A stretch of DNA of 64,000 bases, from positions 1-64,000 of the forward strand of contig NIVC01003214.1 of assembly GCA_002269645.1 (NCBI GenBank). The letters are read 5' to 3'. Made by a program: the position numbers and the translations under genes. The notes under the pieces were generated by a model. The model saw nothing but the letters and a program-made list of their open reading frames with translations. It searched no databases and had not been told where the DNA came from. Shown in pieces: positions 45,818 to 64,000 of this stretch. Numbering within the stretch: the stretch's first letter is position 1; each line of letters begins with the position of its first letter. Source of the stretch: Macrostomum lignano. Taxonomy: Eukaryota.

Positions 45818-47509
45818 CTGCGAGTACAGAATGCGCCGGTTGATAAGTGCCACTATTCTCATTCTCTTCTCATCTTGGTGCCTCTAACAGTATGTACTCA
45901 TCTGTACCCTATTATCCTTCAAACTGAGATATAGTGCACTTACCACTGGGTGATTCCTGCTCTCCAAGTGAACGAAGGCTTGATCTTTTAAAGTTTCTAA
46001 TCTCTAGATGCAAAGAATTTCGTTCTGCCTGCAAATTTGTAGGGGACATTGTTATCATAAATGAATGAACGAATGGAAGTATATGTTTGATTAAATATAT
46101 TCAAGATTTATAGTTTAGATCGATTTGCCCTCGCATATAGAATTTATCTCTTGATTTCATTGGCTGTACTTAAAAATATTTTACTTTTGTGCAATCATTA
46201 TCAAGAATTAATAAATATTTTGAACACAAGGCAAAAATAAACATAAATGATATTTATTCTACCAATTAAAAATACAGCAAAAGAAAATGTTAATAATGTC
46301 TATTTACAAATCATCAGGTTTAAAAAGAATGAGAGAAAAAAAAACACTTTAAAAGGTGATTTAAGTAGTAGCAGACAAGTTTCCAGTAAAATGAATGCAA
46401 GCATACGAGTACATGTCTTTTATTTTAAATGCAATGCTATCCATAAAAACAATAAAATCATTAAGCTTAGTTTTTCTTTGTCTACAAAAAATAATAAAAA
46501 ACAACAATTAATGAACGCGGCCAGTGTAAATTTTCAGCCTAAATAGTCGCAGATGGTTGTAAATTTACTTAAAAATCTACCTTACTTGAGACCAGTTTGC
46601 CTAAATTCTGTTTTGTTGCTTGAAAGACTATACAAGCACAGATTTGAGAAAAACCAATGTGTGCACAGCAAAACTTGTTTGGAGCAGAACTAAATTGGCA
46701 TGATAATTTTCTAGGGTAACATTAACAAGTAATACTAATTTATGCAATAGTCAGCATTCTAATTTGTGAATAAATTCTATTCCGACACAGCACTTACGAG
46801 TACATACTCGCTACAACTACATTGTAACAAAATGACATTGGGAGCTCTAAGAGCTCTTTTTTAAGGTAGTAAACATTTGAATAGCGCCATTTTTTAATCC
46901 GCGATGATAAAAAAATACAACGAGATACATAATTTTAACAAAAAATCTGTCTCTGCCAATAATAAATTTAATTTGTAATTTATAGAATAAATTTGGTTGA
47001 ATTAGTCTGCAAAATAGAGCAACTATGTGTGAAAATTTTGTTTTAAACTGACAAAACAAATAATACCGCTAAAAACTAAATTGTGCTGGATAAGTAGACG
47101 CAATAGTTATTAAAATATTTAGTGAGCACGACATGATAAAAAGAGAAAAGACGAAATATTTATTCATTAAAAAAAGGAAGGTGTAGAACGACACGATATT
47201 TTGATGAATCTTGATGATATGCTGAATTTATAATCGTCACCTAAAATCGCATTAAAAACAGAACTGAAGATTAGACAGTGTTCATACAGTAAACTATTGT
47301 AGGTTACTGCTGGCAGTAGATGAATGCCGGCTTTTTTTCCTTTTCTCGTCGATTTACAAATCGATCACTAGAAATCTTTCAATAAGTAGGGTTCGCGGCC
47401 TGTGTGTCTCGTAAGACGTCGCTTTCCTCCAACGCCGCGGTTTCATTATCTTCCCCAAGACTTTACTTGTACCTTTGAGGGCTGCAAGACTCGCGCTCAA
47501 TTGAGGTGC

Positions 47510-47760
47510 TCACCGGCACGGCTTACATGTACATTCTAGCGGGCTTGATACACGGATGCCGCGGCCCAGGCGTACAACGCCGGGACGTGGATGCTGACGG
47601 TCACACTGGAGCGGGGACTGGACTCTGCGCACTCGTGGCTGCTCCATGCAAACGTTCGAGCTGATGAGAGCGTCGGGACCGACTTCCTGTGGCCAGGCAC
47701 GAGCCATTGATACGTAGACTGTCTGCTGTGCGACTCTGAGGCCATCTGACGCACCCTTTA
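47510..47760 (-). other. Possible cystine-knot-like coding fragment (ends PLECTCKPC)
   Basis: GC-rich coding-like segment; C-terminal Cys spacing resembles bursicon/CTCK proteins; the N-terminal CxGxC motif was not found in frame. Confidence 0.25.
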
Positions 47761-48460
47761 CTTCTCAGGGCCGCGTTTTGCTGTTGTCGTTGTCATTTTT
47801 GTTGCCTCCGGTTGCTGCAGATTTCTCAGTCACCGGCAGTTCGTGAATCTGATAGTTGTTGGAAAGGCAACATGAACTTGCTTGATCCGGTGCGCCCCTC
47901 ATCCAACCATTCTGGGTAGGCATATGAATTTTAAAGAGGCCCTTAAATAAAAAAACGTTCTCTGTTCACGATCATCTTTGCGAATGTTTCACAATATTTT
48001 ACTATCATAGCTTTATACTTTTAGTGTGAGTAGGATATCTGGTTAATATTCTGTTTTTCTCAATATTCAAAATTAGGAAAAATATAGTGCTTATCTATAT
48101 AGTTGCACTAACCTTTGTGTTCCAGTTGCTATTTCAGCTGTTTATTTTCAAGTTTTTATTTCGTCACCATGGCTCAACCGTATTGTGCAGCCAAGGCCAC
48201 CGGCAGCGATGAGCCTGTGGGGTGGGAGGAGGAGGGGGGTTCTCAACTCCCATCAACCTCATCTCTGCCGCAGCTCAGAGCTATCCTAAATTTTCAATCG
48301 CTCACGCCTCACGATGGATGCCTCTAACTCTGAGAGCTGGCACCGGAAAAAGCCAATAAGAAGGAAAACATAGGCTGCTCTAATTGCAGAGCAAACTGGA
48401 CTTTTTGTTCCGATTGAAGTTAAACAAGTTGTCTTCGATAAACTCCAATTAGGGTGAAAA

Positions 48461-52871
<4,411 letters not shown>

Positions 52872-53914
52872 AGCGTCTAGCATTGAATTTACAAGCAAGG
52901 TGAGCTGAGACAGGCAGGCTATAGGAATGCAGGGTAAGAACTGGGGACCTCCACAGTCTCAGCACTGGGACAGGGTAGCATCTGCGGAATGCTGGGTAGG
53001 AGCTGCGACCTCGACAGTCTGCAACTGGAGCAGCCCAGGATGTTGCTTCTCTATTACAAACTTTTCAACCAGTTCTTGTAAAAAAGTTTATTTAAACACA
53101 ATTTTTAAACACATTCACTAGAAATTTTTGCTCTATTAAACCAATTGATCCGGTTTTCACTGTTTGCATACTTGGTCACTGAAGCTGAAACTTTTCATAT
53201 TTTTCTAAATTATTTTATTTCTTCTTTGTTCGCTGTGGAATGTAAATTCTAGCTCAAATTGGTCCCACTTTTTTATTAAAATAAACTCTTTTCACTCCAT
53301 TTAAACATGTCTTAATGTCATGACTCCCTCTCCATGATGGCAACCTCAAATTCGAGTGACTAATGTCACTGTATGCTCGTATATATGCATACCCCTGTCT
53401 ATACGTAATCTTACCCTTGGCACCCTTTCAGGGGAACATGGGAGGCATGGAGGGTGGCATTCACCCAAAAATTTGGGTTACCCAGGCAGACCCAGGTGAA
53501 GTTTGTGAAGGTTTTCAAGCATATTTCTTGGAATCCATCCGCCCACCCATTTTTGAGGATATGTCACTTTCATGCCCCCGGCGTTCCCTAGACTGTGTCG
53601 TCAGTTTTTTTAGCAAGATTACGATTGTGATATAATCATTCAACTGATATATTGTTGATATATTGTTGATATATTGTTGATATATTGTCAACAGTATATT
53701 GGTATTGTTTTAATGCTCTACTCTCGTATTTATCTTTGTTGCCTTTTAAGATTTTGTAAGCCAGATTATCTCATGCTACTCACGATTATATTTAATATTT
53801 TTTTCGTCGTAATTAACTTTGAATTTATCTATTTCTTTCAATGTCACAAAAAGTTGTGTGAATTCACAAACCCCATTTTGGGGATGTGAAACTTGGGCAA
53901 GCGATATTTGGGGT

Positions 53915-54200
53915 GTAATGTTCGGGAATGTGATATTTGAAAATGTGATGCTTGGGAATGTGATGTTTGGGAATGTGATGCTTGGGAATGTGATGTTTGG
54001 GAATGTGATGTTTGGGAATGTGATGCTTGGAAATCTGATGTTTGGGAATGTGATGTTTGGGAATTTATTTTTTGGGAATGTGATGTTTGGGATGTGTTGC
54101 TTGGGAATGTGATGCTTGGGAATGTGATGTTTGGGAATGTGATGTTTGGGGATGTCATGTTTGGGGATGTCATGTTTGGGAATGTGATGTTTAGGGATAT
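53915..54200. repeat. 15-bp minisatellite (tgggaatgtgatgtt)
   Basis: Visible tandem array. Confidence 0.9.
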
Positions 54201-56124
54201 GAAGTTTGAGGATTTGAGGTTTGTTCTTTGTTAGCCAGCTGCACTGTTTTCAAACGTCAAGTTTTGAAAAGTACTTTTATGTTTTACTTATTCACATGGT
54301 TATTGTTTGCTGTTTTAGGTCCTTGAAACTGCTCTCGCTATTTATTCTAATCATTTCAAAGTCATGTGCAACTTACTATCCAATAATTTTTTCTATCCAT
54401 ATATTCTATAATAAAATAAATCCTTAGACTCAACAAAACAATGCTGCCTCGTGAACTGGCTAAAATTTCAACTCCTTTCGACATTCCTGTTGTTCACAAG
54501 AGCTTAAACACAGTCTGAAAACTTATGCAACAACCCGTGGTACACCTTTTTGCGTTCTATTTCGATAAAACTGCATTAAATTTCGGCAAACTGGCTTTCA
54601 TTTTCGGCATCTGTCTGTCTGTCTGTACAGATAATAGGGAAAGCGCGACCGCTGTTTTTCGGCACTTGTGCGAAAAAGCCGACATGGGTTGCTTATAAAT
54701 TTGAGTTCAGTAGCTTAGGCACATAGACGCTATTTTTTTAGAATTTACCAGAAATTCTCATGAATTCCATAGACTACTGATGAAATTGAGTTCAGTAGTT
54801 GATTTTTGCGCTGTCGCGAGATGCAAATTTTTTTACATTTGCTTTTACGGCCACAAAAGTGGTTAATGAGTGGCCCCTCTTGTGTATAAATTATCTTTGA
54901 ACTGCGGATTGATAAAAGATAAAAGATAAAAGATAATTTGGAGTACAGTGTTGGTGTAAATGAACGCGCAATAACCAGCAAACAATAGCCCGTGAAGAAG
55001 CAAAGCGCATTGTAGAAAAAATCTTAATACTAAAGTTGGTGCGTTGTTTGTCTGTGTGTGTGTGTGTTTGTTGGATAACTCCTCCTAGAATACTTGCAAG
55101 TCATCTTAATACTAAAGTTGGTGCGTTGTTTGTCTGTGTGTGTGTGTGTTTGTTGGATAACTCCTCCTAGAATACTTGTCTCTCTCTCTCTCTCTTTCTT
55201 CTCTTCTTCTCTCTCTTCTATCTATCTATCTATTATATACTAAAGTTGACGTGTTGTTTGTCTGTATGTCTGTGTGTCTGTCATTTCGACAACTCCTCCT
55301 TGAATAGTGCCAACTCAGCGTTGAAACTTATCCGAGGTCGGCTATAGGCTATTTTAATTCTGAAATTTTAATTTCTAAGATCCTCAAAAAAGCAGAAAAC
55401 TGCCTTTTTGACCCCCAATAACCTTCTTTTGCTACTCTGCCTGGGGCTTCAGCCAGTTTGTAAAAATAGCCACCCCAACCTCCGCCCGCGGGCCGCTGTG
55501 TATTGAGGGGTGGTGGGTGCGCGTGTTCTACGTTCAATGCAAATAAAACCCCCCGCGTGTTGGGGGGTTGGGTTGAATTTAATGATTCCCCAGAACGGGG
55601 TTAGGGCTTGGGCTGAGTGTACATAGCAGTTGTACAGTGTAAACAGATAGACTGTGTCGAGATTCAATTGGTTTTATTATCGGCCCTGTGAATTAGCTTG
55701 GCAATGAAATTCAATGAACAAACTTGCGAGCCTCTCAGGCAAGCAGTCGGGAAATTGGGAAATTACAAACGCTAACTGTTCCTCGAGTTTTAAACTTTGA
55801 GAGGAGAAACTTATATTGCTGGAAAGATCTTGCAACGCTGAGTTCGGGGATATAAGTTGTTTGCTTCAAATATGAAAAGAAAAAGCACAGCATTTGAAAA
55901 AACTATTTCCATACTTTTAACTTTCTGCAAAGATTGTACTCAGTTTTGCGAGACGTAATAGATAAAGTTGGGGAAGGGTTCAATATTGGAGGGTTGAATT
56001 AGATTGCGCAATGTTTTTTGTTAACTTTAACTGAGACTGATAGTGACTGACTGTGAAATCGGTTGCGCAATGAATTGATTCAATATTTTCATCAGTGCCT
56101 TTTAACACGAAGCTGTGCGTAGTT

Positions 56125-56160
56125 CTAACCCTAACCCTAACCCTAACCCTAACCCTAACC
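56125..56160 (-). repeat. Interstitial telomeric repeat (TTAGGG)6
   Basis: (ctaacc)6; homologous tracts at 58528-58551, 60822-60845, 62145-62192 and 63497-63519. Confidence 0.9.
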
Positions 56161-59100
56161 AATGAATCCGGAGAGTTGAGTTGTTTGACGGAAAAAATTC
56201 AATTGAGTCCAGTTTAGCGGAGACGATTTCGATGTTTTAATTTTGACGGAGAGGATTTCTGTTTCGTGGAGAGGATTTCGATGGTGTTCAGTTTCGTGGA
56301 GAGGATTTCGATGGTGTTCAGTTTCGTGGAAAGGATTTCGATGATGTTCAGCTTCACGGAGAGGATTTCTGTTTCGCGGAGATAATTTATGATTGATTTC
56401 TGTTTTATGGAGACCATTTTGATGGATTTAAGTTTCAAGGAGAGGATTTCGAAGGAGTCCAGTTTCACGGAGAGGATTTCGATGGTTTTCAGTTGCACGG
56501 ACAGGATTTTTCTGCTTCGCGGAGAGGATCTTGATGGATTTGGCATCTTCAATCAGTCAGAGAAGAGAGTAAAGAGAAGAATGAAAAGAGAAGAGAGATG
56601 AGATGATAGAAAACAGAGTAGAAATGAGTGGAGAGATTAGACATGACAGATGGGAGAGAAGAGGGGAGTAAGGCGGGAACGAAGGAGAGAGAAGAGAAGA
56701 GAGATAAGAGCGTACAGAGGCAATAGAAGAGAGGAAAGAGAGGAGAGAGGTGAGAGAAGAGAGATGAAAGATCAGAGATCAGAGATTTAAGAGAAGAAAG
56801 TAGTGAGGAGAAAGAAGAGGGTAAAGATGAGAGTGCAGAGAGGAGAGAAACGAGAGGAGACAGGTAGTAGAAAGGAGTGTAAAAAACAGGAGATAAGAAA
56901 GGAGAGGGTGAGTGTGAGAGCATATAGGAAAGTGTAAAAGGGGAGCAGAGGAGAGAGAATAGATAAGTGAGTAGAGAAGAGATATGAGGGAGGAGAGATT
57001 AGAGATTAGAGAAGAGATTAAAGAAGAGAAGAGAAGAGAGAAGAGAAGAGAGAATGGAGAGGAGAGAAAAGAGAGGAGAGGAGACATGTGATGCAGTAGA
57101 AAGGAGGGAAGAAATATGGTAGATAAGAAAGGAGAGGGTGAGAGCGTATAAGAGATACGAGAAATGAGAGCAGAGAGAAGAGAGAAAAGGGAAGAGAGAA
57201 AGTAGAGCGGAGACAATAGATAAGTGAGTAGAAATGAGATATGAGAGAGAAGAGATAAGCGAGAAGAGTAGGAATAGAGTAGAGAGAGAAGCGAGAGAAG
57301 GCAGAGAGGAGGGAGAAGAGAGATGAAAGATCATAGATGAGAGAGATGAAAGTGTAGAGATGAGTAATTAGTGAGGAGAAAGAAGAGAGTAAAAATAAAA
57401 ATCAGAGCGCAGGGCGCAAGAGATGAGAGATGGGAGTTGATAGATTGTAGAGGATTTGGAGATGATTTGGAAGATGGGATTCAATTCATGGAATTGCAGC
57501 TGATAGGAGTTCTTCCCCTTCAGAATTCCGGTGATGGGAGTTCTTCCCCTTTCTCCTCCGAAGGAGGAGTTCCACTCTTAATACTAAAGTTGGTGCGTTG
57601 TTTGTCTGTGTGTGTGTGTGTTTGTTGGATAACTCCTCCTAGAATACTTGCAAGTCAGCGTTGAAACTTATATGGGAAAACTGCAAATTTTCCGAGGATG
57701 GCTTTAGGCTATTTTAATCTTTCATTTTCAATTTTTAAGATCCCTAAAAAAGCAGAAAATGGCGGTCTTGACCTTTGATAATCTTAATTGTCCCCTCTTT
57801 CTGCTTGGAGCTGAAAATTTGCATAAATTTTAGTGATTGCGCCATAAAATTTTTCTATCTTGGCAGTGTATTTTCTCTCAAGTGGGGGGATGGTCGCGTT
57901 CTCAGTGGCTGCGTGTGTACACTTGAACCCTGGCTCACTGACTGACTTTATAGACAATTGCGCAACTATTTGTGTTCTGTTTTTTAACAGGAAGCCCTGT
58001 GTATTTTTTGCACAGTGAAATTCAGTGCATTTTAATGCATAAACTTGCGAGCATCTTTAGCAGGCAGTGAACGTACACTCGATATTTCAATGCTTAAAAT
58101 CAGAAAGTTTCAAACACTAACTGTTGCTCGAGTTTTGAACTTAGAGAGGAGAGACTTATATTGCTGGAAAGATCTTGCTGCAATGAGTTCGGGGATATAA
58201 GTTTTTTGCTTTAAATATGAAAATTAAATTCACAGCATTCAAGAAAAGATTTTCATACTTTTAGCTTTCTGCAAAGATTGTGCTCATTTTGGAGTTCAAT
58301 GGGGGTTCGACCGACCCCCCAATAGTTGGTGGGGGGGGGTTCAATTTCTAGCTGCACTGCGTATTGGAAGGGGGGTCGGTTGCTGTGTATTTGAGGGTTG
58401 ATTTAGATTGCGCAATCTTTTTGTTAACTTTAACTGAGGCTGATACTGACTGCCTGAGAAATAAGTTGCGCAATTTAATTGGTTCAATGTTTTTACGGCG
58501 TCTTTCAACACGCAGCTGTGTGTAGCTCTAACCCTAACCCTAACCTTAACCAATGAATTCTGAGAGCTGGGCTGTTTGACGTAGAAATTTCGATTTAGTC
58601 CAGTTTCACGGAGAGGATTTCTATTTCGCGGAGAATATTTCGATGGTGTTCAGTTTCACGGAGACGATTTCTGTTGCGCGGAGAGGTGTTGGAAAATGGG
58701 ATTCCGCTGATGGAGTTCAGGGAATGGAATTCCGCTGATTGGAGTTCTTCCCCTTTCTTCTCCGAAGGAGGAGTTGGCCTCGTCTTAATACTCTTAATAC
58801 TAAAACTGATGCGATGTTTGTTTGTGTGTTGCAATTTTTCTCCTAGACTACTGGCAAGTCAGCGTTGAAACTTATATGGGAAAACTGCAAATTTTCCGGA
58901 TTGGGTTTATAGCTATTTTAATCTTTCATTTTTACATTTTAAGATCCCTAAAAAAGCAGAAAACTGTTTTTTTAACCCTCAATAACCTTCTTTGGCCACT
59001 CTGCCTGGGGCTGCAGCCAGTTTGTAAAAATAGCCACCCCAACCTCCGCCCGCGGGCCGCTGTGTATTGAGGGGTGGTGGGTGCGCGTGTTCTGGGTTCA

Positions 59101-62100
59101 ATGCAAATAAAACCCCCGCGTGTTAGGGGTTGAGTTAAATTTAATGCTTCCCCAGAACGGGGGTTGGGCTTGAGCTGAGTGTACATAGCAGTTGTACAGT
59201 GTAAACAGATAGACTGTGTCGAGATTCATTTGGTTTTATTATTGGCGCCTTTTTTCCATAGGCAGCCCTGTGTATTAGCTAGGCAGTGAAATTCAATGAA
59301 TAAACTTGCGAGCTTCTCTATCTCTAGCAAGCAGTCGGGAAATCGGTAAATTTCAAACGCTAACTGTTCCTCGAGTTTTAAACTTTGAGAGGAGAGACTT
59401 ATATTGCTGGAAAGATCTTGCAATACTGAGTTCGGGGATATAAGTTGTTTGCTTTAAATGTGAAAACAAAAAGCACAGCATTTAAAAAACGATTTCCATA
59501 CTTTTATTTTTACATTTTAAGATCCCTAAAAAAGCAGAAAACGGCAATTCTGACCTTTGATAATCTTAATTGTCCCCTCTTTCTGCTCGGAGCTGAAAAT
59601 TTGTATGAATTTTAGTGATTGCGCCATAAAATTTTGCTATCTTGGCAGTGTATTTTCTCTCCAGTGGGGGGATGGTCGCGTTCTCAGTGGCGGCGTGTGT
59701 ACACTTTTACCTTGGCGCACGGGCTGACTGACTGAATAGAAAATTGCGCAACGATATATGTTCTGATTTTCAATAGGCAGCCCTGTGTATTTATTTGTTG
59801 GACAGTGAATTCAATTTGAATAAACTTGCGAGCATCTTTAGCACGCACTGAACGTACACTCGATGGTTCAATGCTTTAAATCGGGAAATTTCAAACGCAA
59901 ACTGATCCTCGAGTTTTTTACTTTGAGAGACTTATATTGCTGGAAAGATCTTTCAATGCTGAGTTCGGGGATATAAGTTGCTTGCTTTAAATAAGAAAAC
60001 TGAAAGCACTGCATTCCATAAAAGATTTCCATACTTTTAACTTTCTGCAAAGAGTGTACTCATTTTGGATTGAATGGGGGTTCGACCGACCCCCTAACAG
60101 TTGGGGGGTGGGTTCAATTTTTAACCGCCACTGCGTATTGCAAGGGGTCAGCCTCTGAGCATTGGAGGGTTGATTTAGTTTGCGTAATAATTTTAACTGA
60201 AACTGATACTGACTGACGGAGAAATGAATTGCGCCATCAATGATACTGACTGACGGAGAAATAAATTGCACCATCAATGATACTGACTGACGGAGAAATG
60301 AATTGCGCCATCAATGATACTGACTGACGGAGAAATGAATTGCGCCATCAATTTGTTTTATTATTTGTGCCAGCAGGCAGTGAACGTACACTCGATATTT
60401 CAATGCTTTAAAATGGGAACTTTCAAACGCTAAATTCTCTTTGAGTATTAAACTTTGAGAGGAGAGACTTATATTGCTGAAAAGAGCTTGCAACGCTGAG
60501 TTCGGGTATAAAAAATTGTTTGCTTTAAAGTAGAAAAATTAAGGCGGAGCAATGGAAAAAGTTTTTCATACTTTTTACTGTCGGCAAAGATTTTATTCAT
60601 TTTAGGGGTTCATGGGGGTTCCGGGGGTTGGTTTCATCTTCTAACTGCCACTGAGTATTGGAGGGAGTCGGTCGCTGTGTATTGGAGGGTTGATTTACAA
60701 TAGATTGCGCAATCTTTTTGCTAACTTTATACTGACTGCCTGAGAAATCGGTTGCGCAATCAATTGATTCAATTAGTTCAATATTTTATTGGCGCCTTTC
60801 AACACGCTGCTGTGTGTAGCTCTAACCCTAACCCTAACCTTAACCAATGAATTCTGAGAGCCGGGCTGTTTGACGTAGAAATTTCGATTTAGTCCAGTTT
60901 CACGGAGAGGATTTCTATTTCGCGGAGAATATTTCGATGGTGTTCAGTTTCACGGAGAGGATTTCTATTTCGCGGAGAATATTTCGATGGTGTTCAGTTT
61001 CACGGAGAGGATTTCGATAGTGTTCAGTTTCACGGAGACGATTTCTGTTGCGCGGAGAGGTGTTGGAAAATGGGATTCCGCTGATGGAGTTCAGGGAATG
61101 GAATTCCGCTGATTGGAGTTCTTCCCCTTTCTTCTCCGAAGGAGGAGTTGGCCTCGTAAAATACTAAAAGTGGTGCGATGTTTGTTTGTGTGTTGCAATT
61201 TTTCTCCTAAACTACTGGCAAGTCAGCGTTGAAACTTATATGGGAAAACTGCAAATTTTCCGGATTGGGTTTATAGCTATTTTAATCTTTCATTTTTACA
61301 TTTTAAGATCCCTAAAAAAGCAGAAAACTGTTTTTTTAACCCTCAATAACCTTTGGCCACTCTGCCTGGGGCTGCAGCCAGTTTGTAAAAATAGCCACCC
61401 CAACCTCCGCCCGCGGGCCGCCGTGTATTGAGGGGTGGTGGGTGCGCGTGTTCCGCGTTCAATGCAAATAACCCCCCCCGCGTGTTGGGGGGTTCAATTA
61501 AATTTAACGATTCCCCCGGAATGGGAGGGGGTTGGGCTTGGGCTGAGTGTACATAGCAGTTGTACAGTGTAAGGAGATAGCTAGGACTGTGTCGAGATTT
61601 AATTGGTTTTATTATCGGCGGCATTCAATAGGCAGCCATGTGTATTTGCTGGGCAGTAAAATTTAATGAATAAACTTGCGAGCCTCTTTAGCAGGCTGTG
61701 AACGTACACTCGATACTTTAATGCTTTAAATCAGGAAATTTCAAGCGCTAACTGTTCCTCGAGTTTTAAACTTTCAGAGGAGAGACTTATATTACTGGAA
61801 AGATCTTGCAATACTGAGTTCGGGGATATAAGTTGTTTGCTTTAAATGTGAAAACAAAACGCACAGCATTTAAAAAACGATTTCCATACTTTTAACTTTC
61901 GGCAGTGTACTCATTTTGGAGTTCAATGGGGGTTCGACCAACCCCCCAACAGTTGGTGGGAGGGGGGGTTCAACTTTTAATTGCCACTGCGTATTGGAAG
62001 GGGGTCAGTCGCTGTGTATTGGAGGGTGGATTTAGTTTGCGCAATCTTTTTGTTAACTTTTACCGAGACTGATACTGACTGACTGTGAAATCGGTTGCGC

Positions 62101-62144
62101 ATTCAATTAATTCAATTGGTTCAACACGCTGCTGCGTTGTAGCT

Positions 62145-62192
62145 CTAACCCTAACCCTAACCCTAACCCTAACCCTAACCCTAACCCTAACC
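62145..62192 (-). repeat. Interstitial telomeric repeat (TTAGGG)8
   Basis: (ctaacc)8 at the same unit-internal position. Confidence 0.9.
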
Positions 62193-64000
62193 ACTAAATC
62201 CTGAGAGTTGATTCTTTTTTACGGAGAAAATTTCGATTCAGTCCAGTTTAATGGAGAGAATTTCTGTTTCGCGGAGACGATTTTGATGGATGTCAGTTTC
62301 ACGGAGAGGATTTCCATGGAGTCCAGTTTCACGGAGAGGATTTCTATTTCTCGGAGGGGATTTTGATGAATGTCAGTTTCACGGAGAGGTGTTTGATGGA
62401 GTTCTCTTTTACGGAGAAGATTTCGATGATGTTCAGTTTCGCGGAGAGGAGTTGGATGATGGGATTCAGGGAATGGCATTTCAGGGAATGGAGTACCGGT
62501 GATGGGAATTCTTCCCCTTTCTCCTCCAGAGGAGGAGTTGGCCTCGTCTATATATATACTAATACTAAAGTTGGTGCGTTGTTTGTCTGTGTGTGTGTGT
62601 GTTTGTTGGATAACTCCTCCTAGAATACTTGCAAGTCAGCGTTGAAACTTATATGGGAAAACTGCAAATTTTCCGAGGATGGCTTTAGGCTATTTTAATC
62701 TTTCATTTTCAATTTTTAAGATCCCTAAAAAAGCAGAAAATGGCGGTCTTGACCTTTGATAATCTTAATTGTCCCCTCTTTCTGCTTGGAGCTGAAAATT
62801 TGCATCAATTTTAGTGATTGCGCCATAAAATTTTTCTATCTTGGCAGTGTATTTTCTCTCAAGTGGGGGATGGTCGCGTTCTCAGTGGCTGCGTGTGTAC
62901 ACTTGAACCCTGGCTCACTGACTGACTTTATAGACAATTGCGCAACTATTTGTGTTCTGTTTTTTAACAGGAAGCCCTGTGTATTTTTTGCACAGTGAAA
63001 TTCAGTGCATTTTAATGCATAAACTTGCGAGCATCTTTAGCAGGCAGTGAACGTACACTCGATATTTCAATGCTTAAAATCAGAAAGTTTCAAACACTAA
63101 CTGTTGCTCGAGTTTTGAACTTAGAGAGGAGAGACTTATATTGCTGGAAAGATCTTGCTGCAATGAGTTCGGGATATAAGTTTTTTGCTTTAAATATGAA
63201 AATTAAATTCACAGCATTCAAGAAAAGATTTTCATACTTTTAGCTTTCTGCGAAGATTGTGCTCATTTTGGAGTTCAATGGGGGTTCGACCGACCCCCAA
63301 TAGTTGGTGGGGGGAGTTCAATTTCTAGCTGCACTGCGTATTGGAAGGGGGGTCGGTTGCTGTGTATTTGAGGGTTGATTTAGATTGCGCAATCTTTTTG
63401 TTAACTTTAACTGAGGCTGATACTGACTGCCTGAGAAATAAGTTGCGCAATTTAATTGGTTCAATGTTTTTACGGCGCCTTTCAACACGCAGCTGTCAAC
63501 CCTAACCCTAACCCTAACCAATGAATTCTGAGAGCTGGGCTATTTGACGTAGAAATTTCGATTTAGTCCAGTTTCACGGAGAGGATTTCTATTTCGCGGA
63601 GAATATTTCGATGGTGTTCAGTTTCACGGAGAGGATTTCGATAGTGTTCAGTTTCACGGAGACGATTTCTGTTGCGCGGAGAGGTGTTGGAAAATGGGAT
63701 TCCGCTGATGGAGTTCAGGGAATGGAATTCCGCTGATTGGAGTTCTTCCCCTTTCTTCTCCGAAGGAGGAGTTGGCCTCGTATATACTAAAGTTGACGCG
63801 TTGTTTGTCTGTCTGTCTGTGTGTCTGTCTGTCATTTCGACAACTCCTCCTTGAATAGTGGCAACTCAGCGTTGAAACTTATATGGGAAGATTGGAAATT
63901 ATCCGAGGTCGGCTATAGGCTATTTTAATTCTGAAATTTTAATTTCTAAGATCCTCAAAAAAGCAGAAAACGGCGGTCTTGACCTTTGATAATCTTAATT

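Larger units (their letters stand above)
55022..64000 (+). mobile_element. Head-to-tail array of non-autonomous Helitron-like units (junctions at about 57576, 58783, 61157, 62547, 63781)
   Basis: Units start with TC/TA-rich tcttaatactaaag or tctatatatatact followed by gtttgtctgtgtg...aactcctcc, and end in hairpin ctcctcc-gaa-ggaggag plus ttggcCTCG. Units 57576-58782 and 62547-63780 are near-identical. Confidence 0.65.

Overview
Animal genomic DNA with short GT-AG introns, TTAGGG telomere-type repeats and very dense minisatellites; this style fits a flatworm such as Macrostomum, which is an inference. (1) 1-33.4 kb, minus strand: the 5' part of a twitchin/projectin-like giant Ig/FN3 muscle gene. 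Its exons give a phase-consistent model from 33411 to 3469, including 15 small symmetric PEVK-like exons. (2) An 11.7-kb intron of that gene (16983-28704) splits one Ig domain and holds two things. One is a young Neptune-type Penelope-like retroelement (PLE) with ~613-bp pseudo-LTRs, a minimal hammerhead ribozyme and an upstream ORF joined to RT-GIY-YIG through a U_UUA_AAC slippery heptamer. The other, head-to-head with it, is an intact, intronless, antisense TET-family gene whose Fe(II)/2-oxoglutarate ligands are substituted (HxE, distal H->R, R->S) while the zinc ligands are kept. (3) 35.3-35.7 kb: an AP-1/MEF2/E-box/TATA cluster; 42.1-43.8 kb: SQSTM1/p62. (4) A WIP-like exon, a cystine-knot-like fragment and a secreted PAN + ALK/LTK glycine-rich protein whose intron carries a solo LTR inside an (ATCT)n tract. 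(5) 55-64 kb: a head-to-tail array of non-autonomous Helitron-like units, each with an internal (CCCTAA)n tract. Several single-base homopolymer frameshifts in the twitchin exons indicate assembly indel errors, so all frameshift-based claims need read confirmation.
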